A DNA stretch of 19,138 nt from Candidatus Caldarchaeum sp. (GTDB lineage: Archaea > Thermoproteota > Nitrososphaeria_A > Caldarchaeales > Caldarchaeaceae): assembly GCA_038844785.1 (NCBI GenBank), contig JAWBRA010000028.1:1-19138 (forward strand), in the 5' to 3' direction. Both the position numbers and the translations under genes were made by a program. The notes under the pieces are model-generated. The model had not been told where the DNA came from. It was given only the letters and a program-made list of their open reading frames with translations, and ran no database searches. This document shows positions 16,717 to 19,138 of this stretch, one piece after another. Position 1 is the stretch's first letter. Every line of letters starts with the position of its first letter.

Positions 16717-17685
16717 CTAACCAACTCCCGCCTGCTTCACACCCAGCTTAAGCCTGATGTTTCTGTCAAGCTCAACAGCTCTGAGAAGCTCTCTGTTCCC
16801 CACAAGAGAGTTGAAGATGTTGCTGATTCCTGCAGCACCCGCCAGAAGCTTCAACTCCCTCTGAATGCCGAGAAGAAGGTTTTCAACCCTTTCACGCAGG
16901 ACGTCGACGCCCGCTTTTGTGCCCGGATAGTCGAGAGCATACTCAACGGCTTTCGAGATAACAGCTGCGTCTGCACCAAGGGCGACGAGCTTGTAAACAT
17001 CCTCCGAGCATCTCACGCTCCATCCTCCGGCGAGAATGCTGAAAACATTCCGTAAACCAAGTTTTCTAAGCTCCCTGTCAAGAGATGAGACACCGACCTC
17101 TAGAGGTGTTTCGGAGCTTATCTCCTCGTCGAGGTAAACGCCTGCAGCCCCCATCGAGAAGGCTGCTTTCAGCCATGGATAGTTTTCGGATGGAGGGGTT
17201 TTGACGAACATAGGTCTGTCTAGGCTGCGTAGGCTGTAGAGGGCTGAGATATATCCAGCGCACCTGCCTGTCTCCGCAAGCGATACATCGGCTAAAAGCC
17301 TTTCGCCGTAGGCTTCAAACAAACCCTGCCTGTTTTCGCTGACGTCCACCAACACGCCCATGCAGTAAGCGCCTTTGACAACCGCCTCGCAAAAATCACG
17401 GCCGGCGTTGCTGCGAACTTTGACGACAACCGGCATCGACAGCCGGAGCCTTCCGCCGCAAAGATATACATAGGTTTCGACAGGCTCGCGGTAGGGGTCT
17501 ATGCTAGGCCTCGTAACCTGCGCGCCGTCGCTGACGAGCTTGTCGCGTATGAGGAACGGTTCTTCCACGTAGGGTGGGCCCGTGCTCCCCATGCTGGCGA
17601 TGGAGGGCTCCGCCGGCTGGCGTCCTACGGTTCCAGCCATCTCCTGCAGACGTCTGACCCTTCTCAAAGTCCAGCCATGGCTCAT
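16717..17685 (-). CDS. Degenerate GltB2-like FMN-barrel paralog
   Basis: Retains SMGS, DGAQVTRPSIDPYREPVET, LAGG.VR.SEDVYKLVALGADA and ELKLLAGAAG...L.GNRELLR. Lacks the QGAKPGxGG motif and the 3Fe-4S cysteines. ATG overlaps the upstream stop (TGATG). Confidence 0.8.
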   Translation of the reverse strand: MSHGWTLRRVRRLQEMAGTVGRQPAEPSIASMGSTGPPYVEEPFLIRDKLVSDGAQVTRPSIDPYREPVETYVYLCGGRLRLSMPVVVKVRSNAGRDFCEAVVKGAYCMGVLVDVSENRQGLFEAYGERLLADVSLAETGRCAGYISALYSLRSLDRPMFVKTPPSENYPWLKAAFSMGAAGVYLDEEISSETPLEVGVSSLDRELRKLGLRNVFSILAGGWSVRCSEDVYKLVALGADAAVISKAVEYALDYPGTKAGVDVLRERVENLLLGIQRELKLLAGAAGISNIFNSLVGNRELLRAVELDRNIRLKLGVKQAGVG

Positions 17686-18944
17686 CAAAAAGCCTCAACC
17701 TTTATTAGCATCAGCTCATCAACATCTACGTCCACGGCCGTTAACAGGTCTCGTCTCCCCCTAAGCTCGTTTAGAGACGAGACCCCAACCTCCTCCATTA
17801 TCAGCTTCATCTCCGCAGTCCAGCCCTGAACCATGTTGGCGACCCATCTCGTAGCCGCCTCCAGTGAAAGCAGCTTGACAGGGTTTTCCTCGATTTTGTT
17901 GGTTATCACAGCAGGGCAGAAGCCGAGATGGCATCTGTGAACCATCACGCATCCCATGGCTATGAGAGGGGCTGTGCCTAGCATGGCTACGTCCGCGCCC
18001 AAGGCTATCAGCTTGGCCGCATCCTCGGCGCTGGACACTCTTCCGCCGGCTATGACCGTGAAACCATCCCTCAACCCTTCACGCCTCAGCATCTCATCCA
18101 CCACAGGCACAGCTATCTCTATGGGGAGGCCGACGTTGTTTCTCACAACCTCCGGAGCAGCTCCTGTTCCAGCTCCATGCCCATCCATTATTATGCCGTC
18201 CGCACCCATGCGCGCCACTCCGGACGCTATGTAGGCGATGTAGTTTGTCACGCCAACCTTGACGAAGACAGGCTTGCCCACAGCCTCCTTCAAACACATA
18301 ATCCTCTGTCCAAGGTCTTCGATGGAGTAGATGTCGTGGTGCGGGGCTGGGGATATGGCGTCGACGCCGACGGGGATTCTTCTTGTTTCGGAGATGGGTT
18401 TGGTGACTTTGACGCCGGGCAGGTGGCCTCCGATACCCGGCTTCGCACCCTGCCCAATCTTTATCACAACACCCAACCCCGTGTTGAGAACGTCTATGTC
18501 CACACCGAACCTTGCGGAAGCCCATTGAACCGTGATTCTCCTGCATTTCCTGACCTCGGGGTGGAGGCCGCCCTCGCCTGTTCCGGCTACAACGCCCGTC
18601 AAGTCAGCCGCCCTAGCCAAGGCGATGTTGGGAACGCCGCTCAAAGCTCCGAAAGACATGTCGCCAAAGTATAGCGGCGAAGTCATCTCGATGCTTCCAT
18701 ACGCCATCGTTGTGGAAACGTCGACGTCTCCGGGTGTTCTGACCACCGGAGAGGGGTTTTCCAGCTCTGCTCTAAACCTCAATCTGTCGAGCAGCCTGTT
18801 TGAAGTATGCTTAGCCCTGTCCCAAACCATGACCGGCTGGCCGAACCTCGCCAGCTGCCTAATGTGCTCTATCCGCTCAACATTCCAAAACTCAGGCCCA
18901 TCATGCTTGGGGACGGGCAGGTACTGTTCGACGAGCTTGGGCGA
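17685..18944 (-). CDS. Glutamate synthase FMN/[3Fe-4S] synthase domain (GltB2); start codon anomalous
   Basis: [54 protein letters not shown] and [12 protein letters not shown]. The frame is open 40 codons upstream of the first ATG (18830) and includes [23 protein letters not shown] (18951-18957) sits 6 nt before TCG 18944. Confidence 0.9.
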   Translation of the reverse strand, partial: SPKLVEQYLPVPKHDGPEFWNVERIEHIRQLARFGQPVMVWDRAKHTSNRLLDRLRFRAELENPSPVVRTPGDVDVSTTMAYGSIEMTSPLYFGDMSFGALSGVPNIALARAADLTGVVAGTGEGGLHPEVRKCRRITVQWASARFGVDIDVLNTGLGVVIKIGQGAKPGIGGHLPGVKVTKPISETRRIPVGVDAISPAPHHDIYSIEDLGQRIMCLKEAVGKPVFVKVGVTNYIAYIASGVARMGADGIIMDGHGAGTGAAPEVVRNNVGLPIEIAVPVVDEMLRREGLRDGFTVIAGGRVSSAEDAAKLIALGADVAMLGTAPLIAMGCVMVHRCHLGFCPAVITNKIEENPVKLLSLEAATRWVANMVQGWTAEMKLIMEEVGVSSLNELRGRRDLLTAVDVDVDELMLIKVEAF

Positions 18945-18986
18945 CTGGCTTCACCCCGCTGTGTTTGAATGCTGTCAAAACACCAC

Positions 18987-18994
18987 TATTTAAT
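18987..18994 (-). promoter_or_regulatory. TATA box candidate for the glutamate synthase operon
   Basis: ATTAAATA on the minus strand, preceded by purine-rich AAAATG, about 30 nt upstream of the SD. Confidence 0.45.
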
Positions 18995-19138
18995 CATTTT
19001 GTCGGACGTTTTGGCACTGTCAACTTTTACTTAAGTCTTTTGGAAAGGGGAAAGGCCTATGGCCTGAGGTGTAGCTCTCCCATTCATGCATGTCTTCGAT
19101 TATATCGTTGGTTGTATGTCTAGGCTCTTCAGGTTCCA

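Noticed and set aside
9375-18993. Numerous 60-165 aa antisense and alternative-frame ORFs inside the ttr and glt genes
   Set aside because: Expected shadow ORFs of long coding regions with GC-rich codons. None has an independent motif.
18970-19030. Repeated TGTC(A)/TTTTG motifs upstream of the glt operon as a nitrogen-regulator operator
   Set aside because: No clean palindrome and no match to NrpR (GGAA-N6-TTCC) or GlnR/TnrA (TGTNA-N7-TNACA) boxes.
19020-19138. Open minus-strand frame (EPEEPRHTTNDIIEDMHEWESYTSGHRPFPFPKDLSKS-stop) as the end of an upstream gene
   Set aside because: Plausible, but truncated by the window edge and too short to choose among frames.

Overview
Archaeal chromosomal window. 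TATA-type promoters, GGTGA/GAGG Shine-Dalgarno sites, GC-rich archaeal tRNAs, AglB, a PAC2 chaperone and a split glutamate synthase point to a thermophilic TACK lineage, possibly Aigarchaeota/Caldarchaeales (inference, no search run). In order: a decayed intron-containing tRNA-Arg(UCG) copy; a PAC2-family proteasome chaperone; a frameshifted secreted protein; a eukaryote-like AglB/STT3; a 7-bladed beta-propeller surface protein with a Thr-rich stalk; a 130-aa three-TM protein resembling the eukaryotic OST subunit DC2/OSTC (OST3/OST6 family); a RadB-like ATPase and an ASCH protein diverging from a perfect 32-bp palindrome; a tRNA-Gly(CCC)-like gene with an aberrant all-G/C anticodon loop; a surface-protein relic; DUF488; a ttrBCA-type molybdoenzyme operon with a frameshifted TorD-like chaperone; and a three-gene glutamate synthase operon whose first gene appears to lack a canonical start codon. 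The strongest leads are a possible multi-subunit eukaryote-like OST (AglB plus OSTC-like), the ASCH/atypical tRNA-Gly pair, and the intron-bearing tRNA pseudogene. All family calls come from motif recognition by eye.
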